IMG/VR virus record: IMGVR_UViG_3300042477_000769
From: a virus
Taxonomy: Duplodnaviria > Caudoviricetes
DNA: 64,000 nucleotides
Reading direction: 5' to 3' (one strand)
Part shown: in pieces, positions 26,692 to 37,119 of the stretch
Layout: each line of letters opens with the position of its first letter
How positions within the stretch are numbered: position 1 is the stretch's first letter
The notes under the pieces: model-generated
The model's input: the letters and a program-made list of their open reading frames with translations, nothing else
What the model was told of the DNA's origin: nothing
The model's database searches: none
Translations under genes and position numbers: made by a program

Positions 26692-27744
26692 ATGGCATCC
26701 CTTGCCAACGTATTTATACTGTTTATCTTATACAGACGCCACATGGAAATAGTTAATAATTTCAATACATTACTTAGGGCATTTAAAATTGATGCTAATT
26801 GCATTAATTACAAACAAATAGATAATTATTTTTATTATGATATTAAACTAAATCACAAAACTAAAGTAAAAGATCTCCAGAAATATGGAGACGAACTATC
26901 GTTAGCCTTAAAAACTCCATGTAAACCAAGTTTGAAGGTACTTCATCATGACGGAATTGTTCGTTTAGAGTTTGCCTCTCCTAGGTCTACTAAATTAAAT
27001 CTCTTCGATCTATTCTCTAATAGATCCTTACCTAAAGGACAAGTTAATTGTTTGCTTGGTCAATCAGTAGATGGTAAAAAAATATGGATGGATTTGGCGC
27101 AGAACCCGCATTTGATAGTAGCAGGTACTACTGGCTCTGGCAAAAGTACTTTAATTCATACCATTATTGCAAATTTATTTAATTATAATGATGTAGATGT
27201 GATCTTAGTTGATCCAAAAGGAATTGAATTCATAGCTTATGAAAAAGCTTTTCCTAATATTGAAATTATTTATACTTATCAACAAGCTTTAAGTATGTTA
27301 TCGGCGGTTTATGAGACCATGGAATTTCGATACTCTAGAATGCGAGCCGGAGTATCCTTAGATAATTTCAAAAATCTCATTATTATTATTGATGAATTTG
27401 CTGATCTCATCATGCAAGATGAAGGAAATGAATTATATTCAGTGTTATTAAAACTTTCTCAAAAATGTCGAGCTGCCCGTATCAATATCATTTTAGCAAC
27501 TCAACGCCCCTCCGTCAAGATTATTGACGGAAATATCAAAGCCAATTTTCCGGCTCGTATTTGCTGTCGAGTAGCCAGCCACGTAGATTCCAAAGTGGTA
27601 TTTGATTCTGTTGGTGCGGAAAATTTATTAGGTAATGGAGATGCAATGTTAAGAGATAACTTTAGAAGTATGGAGCGATTTCAAGTCGCCTATACTAATC
27701 CGGCTGAAATTATTTCGTATTTTGGAAATAATCATGGATTTTAA
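26692..27744 (+). CDS. FtsK/SpoIIIE-like ATPase (no membrane anchor)
   Basis: PHLIVAGTTGSGKS, IIIDEFADL, LATQRPS, IKANFPARI, GAENLLGNGD. Confidence 0.9.
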   Translation: MASLANVFILFILYRRHMEIVNNFNTLLRAFKIDANCINYKQIDNYFYYDIKLNHKTKVKDLQKYGDELSLALKTPCKPSLKVLHHDGIVRLEFASPRSTKLNLFDLFSNRSLPKGQVNCLLGQSVDGKKIWMDLAQNPHLIVAGTTGSGKSTLIHTIIANLFNYNDVDVILVDPKGIEFIAYEKAFPNIEIIYTYQQALSMLSAVYETMEFRYSRMRAGVSLDNFKNLIIIIDEFADLIMQDEGNELYSVLLKLSQKCRAARINIILATQRPSVKIIDGNIKANFPARICCRVASHVDSKVVFDSVGAENLLGNGDAMLRDNFRSMERFQVAYTNPAEIISYFGNNHGF

Positions 27745-28960
27745 TTCTTTAATTGATCAATTCCTTCAAAAACATTCTCAAGGAATTAATTCTTTAATTA
27801 GTAAATATTTTGACGGAACCACTCAATCCTTAGAAAAAGTTTTAAGACAGGAGCTGCATTTAACTTGTCAAGATTATTTTAGCAAATCTGATTCTAAAAT
27901 AGAAAATTTATTTCCTTTGTTATTTTACACCACCAATAGTATTTGTAAGAAAATATCTTCCTCTCAAACTGCCAATAAAAGTAATTTAATTTGTCCTGGT
28001 TGTTTGTTTTTAGGAACAACACATGTTGTTACAGAACATAACCTGTTATGTTCCTGTTCACAATGTGCTCAAAAAGTATCACAAACATTCGACCCTAAAA
28101 TGAAACACTTTTTTCAAGTGTTTGCTAAACATCATAAAATAGGATTTAGATGCCATGAGTGTCAGCGTTTTATTCCACAGTCTCATATTAATGGGACAAA
28201 TATCTCTTGCCCTTATTTGGATTGTTCTTTTGTTGGCGCCAGTGATTCCCTCCATCGGATGCATCATCCAAAAACAAAAAACAAAATAGATTTTTCCATC
28301 ATAGATGGAATTCTTCCAGAAAAAATAGAAGAAAAATCAATTCGTCATCTTAAAGATATAATTGAATCCCAGAAAAATAACTCCCCGTATAAGAGTTACG
28401 GATCTACTCTACACCATAAATATTTATGTTACCAGGCATATGCGAATATTCTGGATAAATACCCAGAACAATTAACTAATTATTTATTAAATAATAGTCG
28501 TACGGGTGGATTCCAATCTAAATTATTTCAAGAATATATTCGTTTACTAGAGCAATCTCTACCTTTTTCTATCAAAAAAGAAAATAAGTACCATGTAATT
28601 TCTTCTTTATTAGATCCTAATTTGAATTTATTTGATGGTATTAGTGAATTTACAGCGACTGTTAACCAAAAATTAGAAATTAAAAATAATACTCAGGAAT
28701 TCTATATTGGTGGTAGAAAGGGATCAATTGCAGAACCTTTTTATATGGGCAAGATTCTATCTATTATAGATAAAAATACTTCCCAGTGTTATATGGAAAA
28801 TATAATAGAGTATTCTTTTTCAACTATCAAGTTAAAAAATATTAAGCCAGAAACCGTTGTAATAGTTTCTCATTTAAGAATACCTCCGCATTATCAAATG
28901 AATGGCATGGTATATATTAACAGGATTAGAAAAAGTATTATTGACGAGGCAAAAAAATGA
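27722..28960 (+). CDS. Hypothetical protein with multiple CxxC motifs
   Basis: CPGC, CSQC, CHEC, CPYLDC. Confidence 0.6.
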   Translation: MEIIMDFNSLIDQFLQKHSQGINSLISKYFDGTTQSLEKVLRQELHLTCQDYFSKSDSKIENLFPLLFYTTNSICKKISSSQTANKSNLICPGCLFLGTTHVVTEHNLLCSCSQCAQKVSQTFDPKMKHFFQVFAKHHKIGFRCHECQRFIPQSHINGTNISCPYLDCSFVGASDSLHRMHHPKTKNKIDFSIIDGILPEKIEEKSIRHLKDIIESQKNNSPYKSYGSTLHHKYLCYQAYANILDKYPEQLTNYLLNNSRTGGFQSKLFQEYIRLLEQSLPFSIKKENKYHVISSLLDPNLNLFDGISEFTATVNQKLEIKNNTQEFYIGGRKGSIAEPFYMGKILSIIDKNTSQCYMENIIEYSFSTIKLKNIKPETVVIVSHLRIPPHYQMNGMVYINRIRKSIIDEAKK

Positions 28961-29391
28961 AAAAGCGTAAAGGAATTATTAAAGTTAATTTATCTTCTCC
29001 GATTTTAGCACGAACTCGGTGCCCTTATTGTAAAGGATTGCCTAATTCCTATTTCTGCATCTCTAATAAATTAATAGATTTTTCTCCTAGAAACATAATT
29101 GATACTTTTGAATTCTTTAAAGATGATATCATTGCCTCTTATCAAACTTCTCACTATTACTATTTTAGCCCTAAAAATTTCACTAGTGTAACTGATTTTT
29201 CTCATCAACCATTCTATAAAAACTATAGAATAGGTAGTCATAGCCTGCATAAAGATGCAGATCTAATTAATAACAATATTACTGAATATTTATCTTGTAA
29301 CTGTCAGCAATCTAGATGGGGTTTTAAATTTAAAACGATGTCTGGCAGGCCAGACATTTATATGAGAAAATCTAAAAAATCATTTCCGTAA
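28957..29391 (+). CDS. Hypothetical zinc-binding protein
   Basis: CPYC and CNC. Confidence 0.5.
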   Translation: MKKRKGIIKVNLSSPILARTRCPYCKGLPNSYFCISNKLIDFSPRNIIDTFEFFKDDIIASYQTSHYYYFSPKNFTSVTDFSHQPFYKNYRIGSHSLHKDADLINNNITEYLSCNCQQSRWGFKFKTMSGRPDIYMRKSKKSFP

Positions 29392-29826
29392 ATTATTTAG
29401 TGTAATAACAGATAATTTATTTTTTACTTCGGCTTCGATAGACTCAAAATTATCCGATAATTCTTCAAATAATTTCCATTGTTTGTTAATTAGCCTATAA
29501 CAAGAATAATAAGACAGTCGAGCGACCGTGTTATAGTAATCTTTACTAGCATATTTTAAATGCTCTGGCGCTAACGTATTGGAAAAAAAGATCCAATCTC
29601 CCAAGTTTTGATAAGTATTAAAATCGTGGCGATGTCTAGCTTGAGAAAATAAAAGCGTTACACTTTCTTTAGATAAATCTAAAGAGGCACTTTTATATTT
29701 ACCATATATGCTAACAATATATGACCGAGTGTCGTATTGACAGTTTATATCTTTTAATAGTTCGTTAAAAAAATCTGTAATATTGTCGTGACAATACATA
29801 CAAATATGTGTTAATATTGCAAACAA
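29380..29826 (-). CDS. Hypothetical protein
   Basis: 148-aa ORF filling the gap between convergent/divergent genes. Confidence 0.55.
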   Translation of the reverse strand: MFAILTHICMYCHDNITDFFNELLKDINCQYDTRSYIVSIYGKYKSASLDLSKESVTLLFSQARHRHDFNTYQNLGDWIFFSNTLAPEHLKYASKDYYNTVARLSYYSCYRLINKQWKLFEELSDNFESIEAEVKNKLSVITLNNLRK

Positions 29827-29869
29827 GTCACATAAAATAACAATTCTAACTCCAGAATGGTAGCATCAT

Positions 29870-31672
29870 ATGAGTAGTTCAAAAACATTAGTAATTGTAG
29901 AATCTCCTTCCAAGGCTGATAAAATACAGTCTTATTTAGGTAAAGATTATATTGTACTGGCTAGTAAAGGGCATATTACAGATTTAGCCAAGGGTGGAAA
30001 ACATGGTTTAGGAGTAGATGTAGATAATAATTTTAAGCCTCATTATGTGTTAATGGAAGATAAACTATCTATTTTAGATAATCTTTTGCAAGCTGCTAAA
30101 AAAGTAGATAAAATTTTAGTCGCTAGCGACCCTGATCGAGAAGGCGAAGCGATTGCTTGGCATCTAGCTCAACGATTAGATGGGACAGATAAACCTATTA
30201 AACGAATGGTTTTTAATGAAATTAAAAAAGATAAATTACTCAAATCTGTTAAAGATGTGAGAGATATTGATTTAAATCTCTTTCATTCTCAAGAAGCTAG
30301 GAGAATATTAGACCGTTTAGTTGGGTTTATGGCTTCTCCATTTTTAATGAATTTCTTTGGCCCCAAACTCTCCGCAGGAAGAGTGCAGTCAGTAGTGACT
30401 CGTATGGTAATTGATAGAGAAAGAGAGATTGAATCTTTTACTCCAGAAGATTTTTGGACTATTCAAACTACGTTAACTACTAAAAATAAAGAAAGTTTCA
30501 CTGCAAAATATACTCAAAAAATAACTGATGCTGCCACTGCAGATCAGGTGAAAAAAGAATTGTTATCTTCTGACTATATAATTTCAGAAGTTCTTAGCAA
30601 AGAAGAGAAAGTATATCCTCAGCCACCGTTAGTAACTTCTACTTTACAACGAATTATGTCTAAAAATCATGGTTTTGGAGCAGAAAAAACCATGAAAGCA
30701 GCGCAAGCGTTATATGAATCAGGTTATTGCACCTATATTAGAACCGACTCTGTCAGAGTCGGAGATGAGGCTTTACAAGAAGTTAGGCAATGGTTAGCCG
30801 ATAATACTTATGAAGTTCCTAAAAAACCTTATACCTATAAGAATAAAGATGCCGCTCAGGACGCTCATGAATGTATTCGACCTTCAGATTTAACCTTATT
30901 GCCAGGGCAGAATTATGCTATTCTAGATCCTGATGAAAAATTAGTGTATGAAACTATTTGGAAATATTTTGTAGCAAGTCAAATGATGCCGGCCGTGTAT
31001 GATACGCTGTCTGTCACGGCTCATCCTATTAATAATAGTAATTTTAAAGTTAAAGCCAGCGGTAAAGCTTTGAAAATAAAAGGATATATGGAGATTTTAG
31101 GAGTACAAGATGCTAATAGTATTGATATTCCTAACTTAGCAGTTAACGATCTCGTTTCCTTAGTTGGAAAAAATCCGGTGAAAGTAGATAAAAAGCAAAC
31201 TCAACCGCCCCCACGATTTTCAGAAGATAAGCTAATTAAGGAATTAGTTAATAAAAATATTGGTCGGCCCGCTACTTATGCGGACTTATTAAGTAAAATT
31301 ACGGCAAGAAATTATGTAGAAAAAAAGGGGAATGTTTACCACGCTACCGAATTAGGTAAGAAAATAACCGATGAATTAATTAGGTATTTTTCTTTCATGG
31401 ATTATGATTATACTGCCAAGATGGAATCTCAATTAGATGAGGTGGAGTCGGGTAAAATTAATCATTTAGATATGTTAAAACAATTCTTCCCCGCTTTCAA
31501 ACAAGAATTAAATAACGCTTATGTCAACCATGGCAGTACATTGTGCGACAAGTGCGGAAGTCCTATGGCGGTTAGAAACACTAAAACGGGGGAAAAGTTT
31601 TTAGGATGTTCTAGTTATCCTAAATGTAAAAATACGTTAGAGTTAACACATAACAAGAAAGAACGAGTATAA
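29870..31672 (+). CDS. topA: DNA topoisomerase IA
   Basis: LVIVESPSKA, ASDPDREGEAI, SAGRVQS, catalytic TYIRTD, AQDAHECIRP, C-terminal Zn ribbon. Confidence 0.97.
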   Translation: MSSSKTLVIVESPSKADKIQSYLGKDYIVLASKGHITDLAKGGKHGLGVDVDNNFKPHYVLMEDKLSILDNLLQAAKKVDKILVASDPDREGEAIAWHLAQRLDGTDKPIKRMVFNEIKKDKLLKSVKDVRDIDLNLFHSQEARRILDRLVGFMASPFLMNFFGPKLSAGRVQSVVTRMVIDREREIESFTPEDFWTIQTTLTTKNKESFTAKYTQKITDAATADQVKKELLSSDYIISEVLSKEEKVYPQPPLVTSTLQRIMSKNHGFGAEKTMKAAQALYESGYCTYIRTDSVRVGDEALQEVRQWLADNTYEVPKKPYTYKNKDAAQDAHECIRPSDLTLLPGQNYAILDPDEKLVYETIWKYFVASQMMPAVYDTLSVTAHPINNSNFKVKASGKALKIKGYMEILGVQDANSIDIPNLAVNDLVSLVGKNPVKVDKKQTQPPPRFSEDKLIKELVNKNIGRPATYADLLSKITARNYVEKKGNVYHATELGKKITDELIRYFSFMDYDYTAKMESQLDEVESGKINHLDMLKQFFPAFKQELNNAYVNHGSTLCDKCGSPMAVRNTKTGEKFLGCSSYPKCKNTLELTHNKKERV

Positions 31673-31678
31673 AACAAT

Positions 31679-32998
31679 ATGAAAGAAGACGTGAATAATT
31701 CTAGTTATCTAACTCCCGATATACTAGAAAGCCAGGAGCATTTATCGACAGAAATTCTGGCTAAAATGCATCCTTCGGGAAAATGGTCTAATCCAACTTT
31801 ACCTAGACCTCCATCAAATTTTGTTGATTTGATGAATTGGGCCGTCGAATCCTTTGGACCAGCATTAAAAGACCATGCCGTTTTGAATAAATTTATTCAA
31901 AATAGAATTATTATTGATGGGCAGTTCTTGCATTTTTGTCAAGAACATAATGTCACCGTAGAATGTCTATATAAAGATTCTATTATTTCTTGGCAAACAG
32001 ATTTAAATTTTGAAAAATTCTTTATTCAAGGGGTGTTTTTAATTAAATGCAAAGGTTTTGAATTTATTCATGCTGCCTTATTTCATAAGGGAAATCAAAA
32101 TGAAGACGAAGTAAGTTTCTTTGTTCTGGTTTCTGATAATAATTATGAAAATTATCTTTCTTTTAGAAATTCTTTTGAAGAGTGGATTGTTCAAAGAGAT
32201 AGAAGTAATTTGCATATCAAGGTCATTGATGGGAATGATATTCCATATACTAAAGATTCTTCTTGGGAAGAATTATATTTACCCAATGAATTAAAAACAG
32301 AAATAAAAGAATTAGTAGAAAACTTCTTATCTTCACAAGAGTTTTATCAAAAATCTAAAATTCCATGGAAACGCGGAATTCTGTTGTTTGGGCAACCAGG
32401 TAATGGAAAAACTTCTATTATTAGAACCATCATGTCAGAATATAATTTTAAGCCGATTACTTTTATGCCCGGAGCCTCAGCCGAGGCGATGAGAGAGGCT
32501 TTCTCTTATGCGGAAGAGCAAAGCCCTTCCCTTTTATATATTGAAGATTTAGATTCATTAATTGAATCTGGTTTAGATATTTCTACTTTTCTTAACTTAT
32601 TAGATGGAATTTCAGCTAAAAATGGACTATTAGTGATTGCGACGGCTAATAATATTAATAAATTACAATCCAATATTACTAGTCGACCCTCAAGATTTGA
32701 TAGAAAATTTGAGATTCCATTGCCAAATGAAAAAATGGCTTATATATATCTTAAAAGATGGTTTGGTAACCTCATCACTCCTAAAAAGTGTGAGGATTTA
32801 GCTAATCAGGCAGTTAAATATGAATTATCTTATGCTTACTTAAAAGACTTATATGTATCTTCCATGTTCGAAGCTTTATCTCACAATCGAAAAAAACCTA
32901 GTGCTAAAGATATTGATAATACTTTAGTACGGTTAGTAAAAGATAAAAATATGATGAATAATGGAACTACAATTAGTACGGATAAATATTTTAAATGA
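31679..32998 (+). CDS. AAA+ ATPase
   Basis: GILLFGQPGNGKTS, LYIEDLD, ATAN, RPSRFD. Confidence 0.9.
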   Translation: MKEDVNNSSYLTPDILESQEHLSTEILAKMHPSGKWSNPTLPRPPSNFVDLMNWAVESFGPALKDHAVLNKFIQNRIIIDGQFLHFCQEHNVTVECLYKDSIISWQTDLNFEKFFIQGVFLIKCKGFEFIHAALFHKGNQNEDEVSFFVLVSDNNYENYLSFRNSFEEWIVQRDRSNLHIKVIDGNDIPYTKDSSWEELYLPNELKTEIKELVENFLSSQEFYQKSKIPWKRGILLFGQPGNGKTSIIRTIMSEYNFKPITFMPGASAEAMREAFSYAEEQSPSLLYIEDLDSLIESGLDISTFLNLLDGISAKNGLLVIATANNINKLQSNITSRPSRFDRKFEIPLPNEKMAYIYLKRWFGNLITPKKCEDLANQAVKYELSYAYLKDLYVSSMFEALSHNRKKPSAKDIDNTLVRLVKDKNMMNNGTTISTDKYFK

Positions 32999-33021
32999 AG
33001 GTTAAAACGGGTTATTGATAT

Positions 33022-33384
33022 ATGAAAGATAATAATAAAAATAACAGGAGAAATTCCTCGAAAAAGGCATCGAAAGGGGGTGAATCTAGCCAGATCTTAG
33101 TCAACGATCAATTCGCACACATTGAAGCTGTGCAAGCTCAACCTTTAGAGGTTAAAGTTTATAATAATAACTTTGATAAAGCGCTTAAAGCTTTCCGAGC
33201 CTTAGTTCAAAAAGAAAGAGTACTCTCCGATTTTAAAGAAAAACAAACTTACGAAAAGCCCTCTGATAGACGTCGGAGAAAACGTAATGAAGCCAAAAGA
33301 AAGAAACATGAGTCAACTTTCAAAAATACTACTAAAAGTAGTAAATATCGGCCTCAAAAAAACTCTGACTCTAATCAAAGTTAG
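33022..33384 (+). CDS. rpsU: Ribosomal protein bS21 homolog with N- and C-terminal extensions
   Basis: VKVYNNNFDKALKAFRALVQKERVLSDFKEKQTYEKPSDRRRRKR. Confidence 0.85.
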   Translation: MKDNNKNNRRNSSKKASKGGESSQILVNDQFAHIEAVQAQPLEVKVYNNNFDKALKAFRALVQKERVLSDFKEKQTYEKPSDRRRRKRNEAKRKKHESTFKNTTKSSKYRPQKNSDSNQS

Positions 33385-33389
33385 GTAAT

Positions 33390-34028
33390 ATGTCAAACAT
33401 TGGAAAAATTAAGGTTTATAAAAATAAAGCTAGAGAAGTTCCTGAAAAGTTTATAGCTTATGTTCCTCAATATCAAGCATTAGGTATTGAGCCTCATGAA
33501 TATAAATCCCCCAATATGGGGACAGAAACATATCTAACGGTTAAAAAAACAACATCAGAACAAAAACCCCCTGTCATGGTAAGACAACCCTATGCAGAAG
33601 CAGTGCCTTCTCCAGTAGGGAGAGGTCGCGGTCCGTTGCCTAACATTGGAAACAATGTGGAGCAATCCTGGTCAGGAGTGGATGAAGAATTAATAGATGA
33701 TGTTTCTTTAGACCCTAATCATCCAATGATAGACAATAATGAATACGTTTCTAATAAGGCGTTAGGACTGCCGCCTTCATTAGAATCTCCTGCTAAGCCA
33801 GCTGAACATAATTCTCCATTAATGGAAACTCTTCAAGATTTAGAAGAAGATAATTATATTTTATTTTTGAAAAATTCACCTTTATGCTCAGGACCATTAG
33901 AGTATGTGCAAGAACAAACTACTGCTTTAGTGTTTGGAGAACATGAATCTTTCAAAAATACTCTTTTTTCATTAGATGATATTTTAGTATTCAAACGAAT
34001 AAAATTAAAAGTCGGAGTATTTCTCTAA
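33390..34028 (+). CDS. Hypothetical protein
   Basis: Pro-rich ORF in operon. Confidence 0.6.
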   Translation: MSNIGKIKVYKNKAREVPEKFIAYVPQYQALGIEPHEYKSPNMGTETYLTVKKTTSEQKPPVMVRQPYAEAVPSPVGRGRGPLPNIGNNVEQSWSGVDEELIDDVSLDPNHPMIDNNEYVSNKALGLPPSLESPAKPAEHNSPLMETLQDLEEDNYILFLKNSPLCSGPLEYVQEQTTALVFGEHESFKNTLFSLDDILVFKRIKLKVGVFL

Positions 34029-34041
34029 TATCCGATCAGAG

Positions 34042-34833
34042 GTGAATGTGGAACAACGCAAAGCGTCAGAAGTTCTTCTAGAATTAGAAGCTAAAGTGAA
34101 TGCTATTCTAGATATTATTAGAACTCAAGATTTAAATAATAAGATTATTTCTAATAAATTGAACTCTACTATTCAATTATTAGAGAAATTAAATTCTGCA
34201 CCACCTGCACCTCCTAAAATTGAAGCAATTAATACTTTACCCACATCCACACACACACCTGCGCCTACGTCTTTTTCTGAGCGTGAAATACCTATTTCGG
34301 CCGAAAATAAAATCTCGGTAGAAGAGGCGCCTAAAGGTTTTAGAAGAAATTCTCGACCAGAAACTTTTGCTGGTGATGATTCTTTCTTACCAGAAAATAA
34401 TAAATATCCAGTACAAGTGCCCAAAATGTCCAACCAGCCTCCTCCAGGGAGGGCCGTAGAAGAAGTATCTGTTCCTAAAAAAACAGTTAAAAACTCTAAA
34501 AATTTATCAGAAAATACTACAGAATCAGTAGTATTAAATTCAGAAAATTTAAATGCAGTTCCAGTCTCTCAACGAGTAGTTAATGCTCATGGGAAATCAT
34601 TATTTTTAGCAGATGTGGAAGTTATTGACTTAAAAAGCATGCAATCAGTTTCTAAGACTAGAACTAATGGTACAGGAAAATGGTCAGCCTCTTTGCCTGT
34701 AGGGAATTATAGAGTTTTTATTAGAAAATTAGATTCTGCTACTAAAGAAAAATTGGAAGTAAAACAAGATATTGTAGTAGATGGTCAACAATCTCCATTA
34801 GAATTATCAGTAATTATTATTAAATCTCAGTAA
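34042..34833 (+). CDS. Hypothetical protein: coiled coil, disordered linker, C-terminal beta-sandwich
   Basis: KTRTNGTGKWSASLPVGNYRVFI resembles carboxypeptidase-regulatory/Cna-like folds. Confidence 0.55.
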   Translation: MNVEQRKASEVLLELEAKVNAILDIIRTQDLNNKIISNKLNSTIQLLEKLNSAPPAPPKIEAINTLPTSTHTPAPTSFSEREIPISAENKISVEEAPKGFRRNSRPETFAGDDSFLPENNKYPVQVPKMSNQPPPGRAVEEVSVPKKTVKNSKNLSENTTESVVLNSENLNAVPVSQRVVNAHGKSLFLADVEVIDLKSMQSVSKTRTNGTGKWSASLPVGNYRVFIRKLDSATKEKLEVKQDIVVDGQQSPLELSVIIIKSQ

Positions 34834-34905
34834 ACTGCTACTGCCTTTATGGCAGTGACTTTTTTAGGCCATAGATAAGGCTATGGGTATTCTGGCGAAG
34901 AAGTT
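34830..34905 (-). mobile_element. 76-bp miniature non-autonomous IS200/IS605 derivative (LE fused to RE)
   Basis: 22/22 identity of 34877-34898 (rc) to IS left end 686-707; adjoining RE-like CCTAAAAAAGTCACTGCC-ATAAA-GGCAGTAGCAGTTTAC; TTAT target at 34906-34909 (rc). Confidence 0.75.
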
Positions 34906-34914
34906 ATAAACTAT

Positions 34915-35181
34915 ATGGAATCTTTAATTGAATCCTTAATTAATCTTTCGGAAGAAGAACAACAAAACTTTCCATTTAAAGTGGGTGATCATTGTATAAT
35001 TAATGACTGTAAGCTATTTCACCCAGGCTTAGTAAATCAGAAGGCTATTGTAGTAAAAATTGGAAAATTACCATTTGATTTTATTAAAGTTGCTAGAATA
35101 ATAGCGGAACAACATACAGTTCCAGGCTATACTAGTTGTTTTGAGTGGGATATTGTTCCAGAGTTATTAACTCATATTTAG
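34915..35181 (+). CDS. Small hypothetical protein (SH3/KOW-like)
   Basis: FKVGDHCII...AIVVKIG. Confidence 0.45.
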   Translation: MESLIESLINLSEEEQQNFPFKVGDHCIINDCKLFHPGLVNQKAIVVKIGKLPFDFIKVARIIAEQHTVPGYTSCFEWDIVPELLTHI

Positions 35182-35192
35182 TAAAGGCTATT

Positions 35193-35840
35193 ATGCAAAA
35201 ATTTAAAGTTATTGTAGCTGATCCGCCATGGTCTTTTAAAGATACATTAAAAATGTCTGATGTTAAAAGAAGCGCGGAAGCTAATTATCAGATCATGTCA
35301 TTACATAATATAAAAACTTTACCGATTCATGAGTTAATAGATTCGGAAGGAGCTATTTTAGCGTTATGGGTACCCTCTTCCTTGTTAAAGGAAGGATTAG
35401 AAACTATGGAAGCTTGGGGGTTTCAACAAAAGCAAACTTATATTTGGGTAAAAACAAAAAAGCATCCTTTTAAAGATTTTTTAAAATCAAAAGATAAATT
35501 AACAGATTTAATGAAGGTGCCGTTATCCATTATTAATGGATTATTAGCTTTTGGTATGGGTCGCTTATTTAGGCAAACTCATGAAATTTGCTTAGTTGGC
35601 ACTAGTAACAATAAAATATACCAACAATTACAGAATAAATCTCAACGCTCTGTTAGTTTAGCTCCTAATTTAAAACATTCAGCTAAGCCGGAAGCTTTGC
35701 AAGATTCATTAGAGATGATGTTTCCTAATGCTAATAAATTAGAATTATTCGCTCGACGTCAACGCCCTAATTGGACATGTCTTGGTAATGAAGTATGTCA
35801 AGGAGAAGATATTCGAGATTCCTTAATTAAATTAAAATAA
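35193..35840 (+). CDS. MT-A70-family N6-adenine methyltransferase (ORF track start 35145)
   Basis: VIVADPPWSF, LALWVP, AWGF..KQTYIWVK, HSAKPE, LELFARR. Confidence 0.9.
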   Translation: MQKFKVIVADPPWSFKDTLKMSDVKRSAEANYQIMSLHNIKTLPIHELIDSEGAILALWVPSSLLKEGLETMEAWGFQQKQTYIWVKTKKHPFKDFLKSKDKLTDLMKVPLSIINGLLAFGMGRLFRQTHEICLVGTSNNKIYQQLQNKSQRSVSLAPNLKHSAKPEALQDSLEMMFPNANKLELFARRQRPNWTCLGNEVCQGEDIRDSLIKLK

Positions 35841-35852
35841 TTGGCTTGACCT

Positions 35853-37119
35853 GTCAATTACCACCAGCACAAGGCTGGTGGCTTGTAAGTAGCATCGCTG
35901 CTCCTACCATAGGCTGATTGACTTCAGCCCCATGGGACAGCTGATAGCTATCCCATGCTCGTCTGCTAATATTTCTACTAGCATTTAAGTCTGCATTTAG
36001 TTTAAAACTACATCCTTGACAACAAAAACTAACCTGAGTCTTCCTGTTTTTCTTATCAACATAACCGCATTTACTGCACTGTTGACTCGTATAAGCAGGA
36101 TTAACATGTACTACTTGTATGCCTTTAGCTTGACCTTTATAAATCAGAAATTGTTCTAATTGATAATAATTCCAACTATTCAAGGCTGATCTCTGAGGTT
36201 TTCTAACTTTTTGCCGTCTAATACCATTTAATTTTTCTAGTACTAGAGTGTCACCTGGATTTAAACTACTGATAATCTGTTTACTAATTTGATGGTTAAT
36301 GTCTGCTTTAAACCGTTTTTCTTTACCTGAAAGGTATTTAAGATGCCTTTTAGCAGATTGACTTCCACTTTGTTGTAATTTTCTTCTTAATGTTTTGTAC
36401 TTGTGACATATTGACTTAAGTTTACTTCCACAATAAAACTTATTATCTGAGGTAACCGCTAACTTTTTGATACCGCGATCAACTCCTAAAAATTTACCAT
36501 TAACCTTTATCTCTTCTTTCTCTTTCTCAAAAGAAACATGTAGGTAAACTTGGCCTTTTCTAATCAGAAGATCGGAGCTGGTGTATTTCCAATCAGTAAA
36601 GTAATGCTGATAATATCTAGGAATATCTAGCTTAATTTTCTTTCTACCAGAAAGCGTTAAAATAGATACTATTCCTTTGCGAATAGAATAGTTATTACAA
36701 TCTAGTCGAATCGCAGTTAATTTAGACTGCGGACATTTGCTATACTTATTTTTACTCTTAATACTTTTAAGAGCTTCTGCGGCTTTAGTTCTAGCAGAAA
36801 TAGCTAATTGAGACGGTAAGTTAAAGTTAGTTCGACACTCTTGGTAGGTTAATTTATGCAGTTTAATAGAGTTGGTTATTTTTTTTTGATACCCTACTTG
36901 ACACACCAGGTTAAAAGCAGCGGTATAAGCTTGCAGTGAAGGTAGAATTTCTTCTACCTTGACATCAAGTTTTAATTTGACCGTTCTATTTAACCTCATA
37001 TATAGTGATATATCTATTAATATAGAAAGTTTTATGTAAACGAAAATTTATTTAGATAACAGAAAGGGGATGCAATTCCTCCCACAGCACAAGGCTGAGG
37101 GTGTCCTTGCCTAAAGATC
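35853..37119 (-). mobile_element. IS200/IS605-family TnpB-only element
   Basis: Minus strand: TCAT target, LE GATCT..., hairpin CCCTCAGC-cttgt-GCTGTGGG; RE hairpin CCACCAGC-cttgt-GCTGGTGG, terminal TGAC. Confidence 0.85.
35854..36999 (-). CDS. tnpB: TnpB RNA-guided endonuclease
   Basis: LGVDRGIKKL, VLEKL, VNPAYTSQQCSKCG, CQGC, NADLNASRNI. Confidence 0.95.
   Translation of the reverse strand: MRLNRTVKLKLDVKVEEILPSLQAYTAAFNLVCQVGYQKKITNSIKLHKLTYQECRTNFNLPSQLAISARTKAAEALKSIKSKNKYSKCPQSKLTAIRLDCNNYSIRKGIVSILTLSGRKKIKLDIPRYYQHYFTDWKYTSSDLLIRKGQVYLHVSFEKEKEEIKVNGKFLGVDRGIKKLAVTSDNKFYCGSKLKSICHKYKTLRRKLQQSGSQSAKRHLKYLSGKEKRFKADINHQISKQIISSLNPGDTLVLEKLNGIRRQKVRKPQRSALNSWNYYQLEQFLIYKGQAKGIQVVHVNPAYTSQQCSKCGYVDKKNRKTQVSFCCQGCSFKLNADLNASRNISRRAWDSYQLSHGAEVNQPMVGAAMLLTSHQPCAGGN

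Noticed and set aside
34835-34866. Simple Rho-independent terminator after ORF 34042
   Set aside because: Hairpin plus T-run could terminate, but its similarity to the IS right end and the adjacent left-end copy show it is IS-derived; not listed separately
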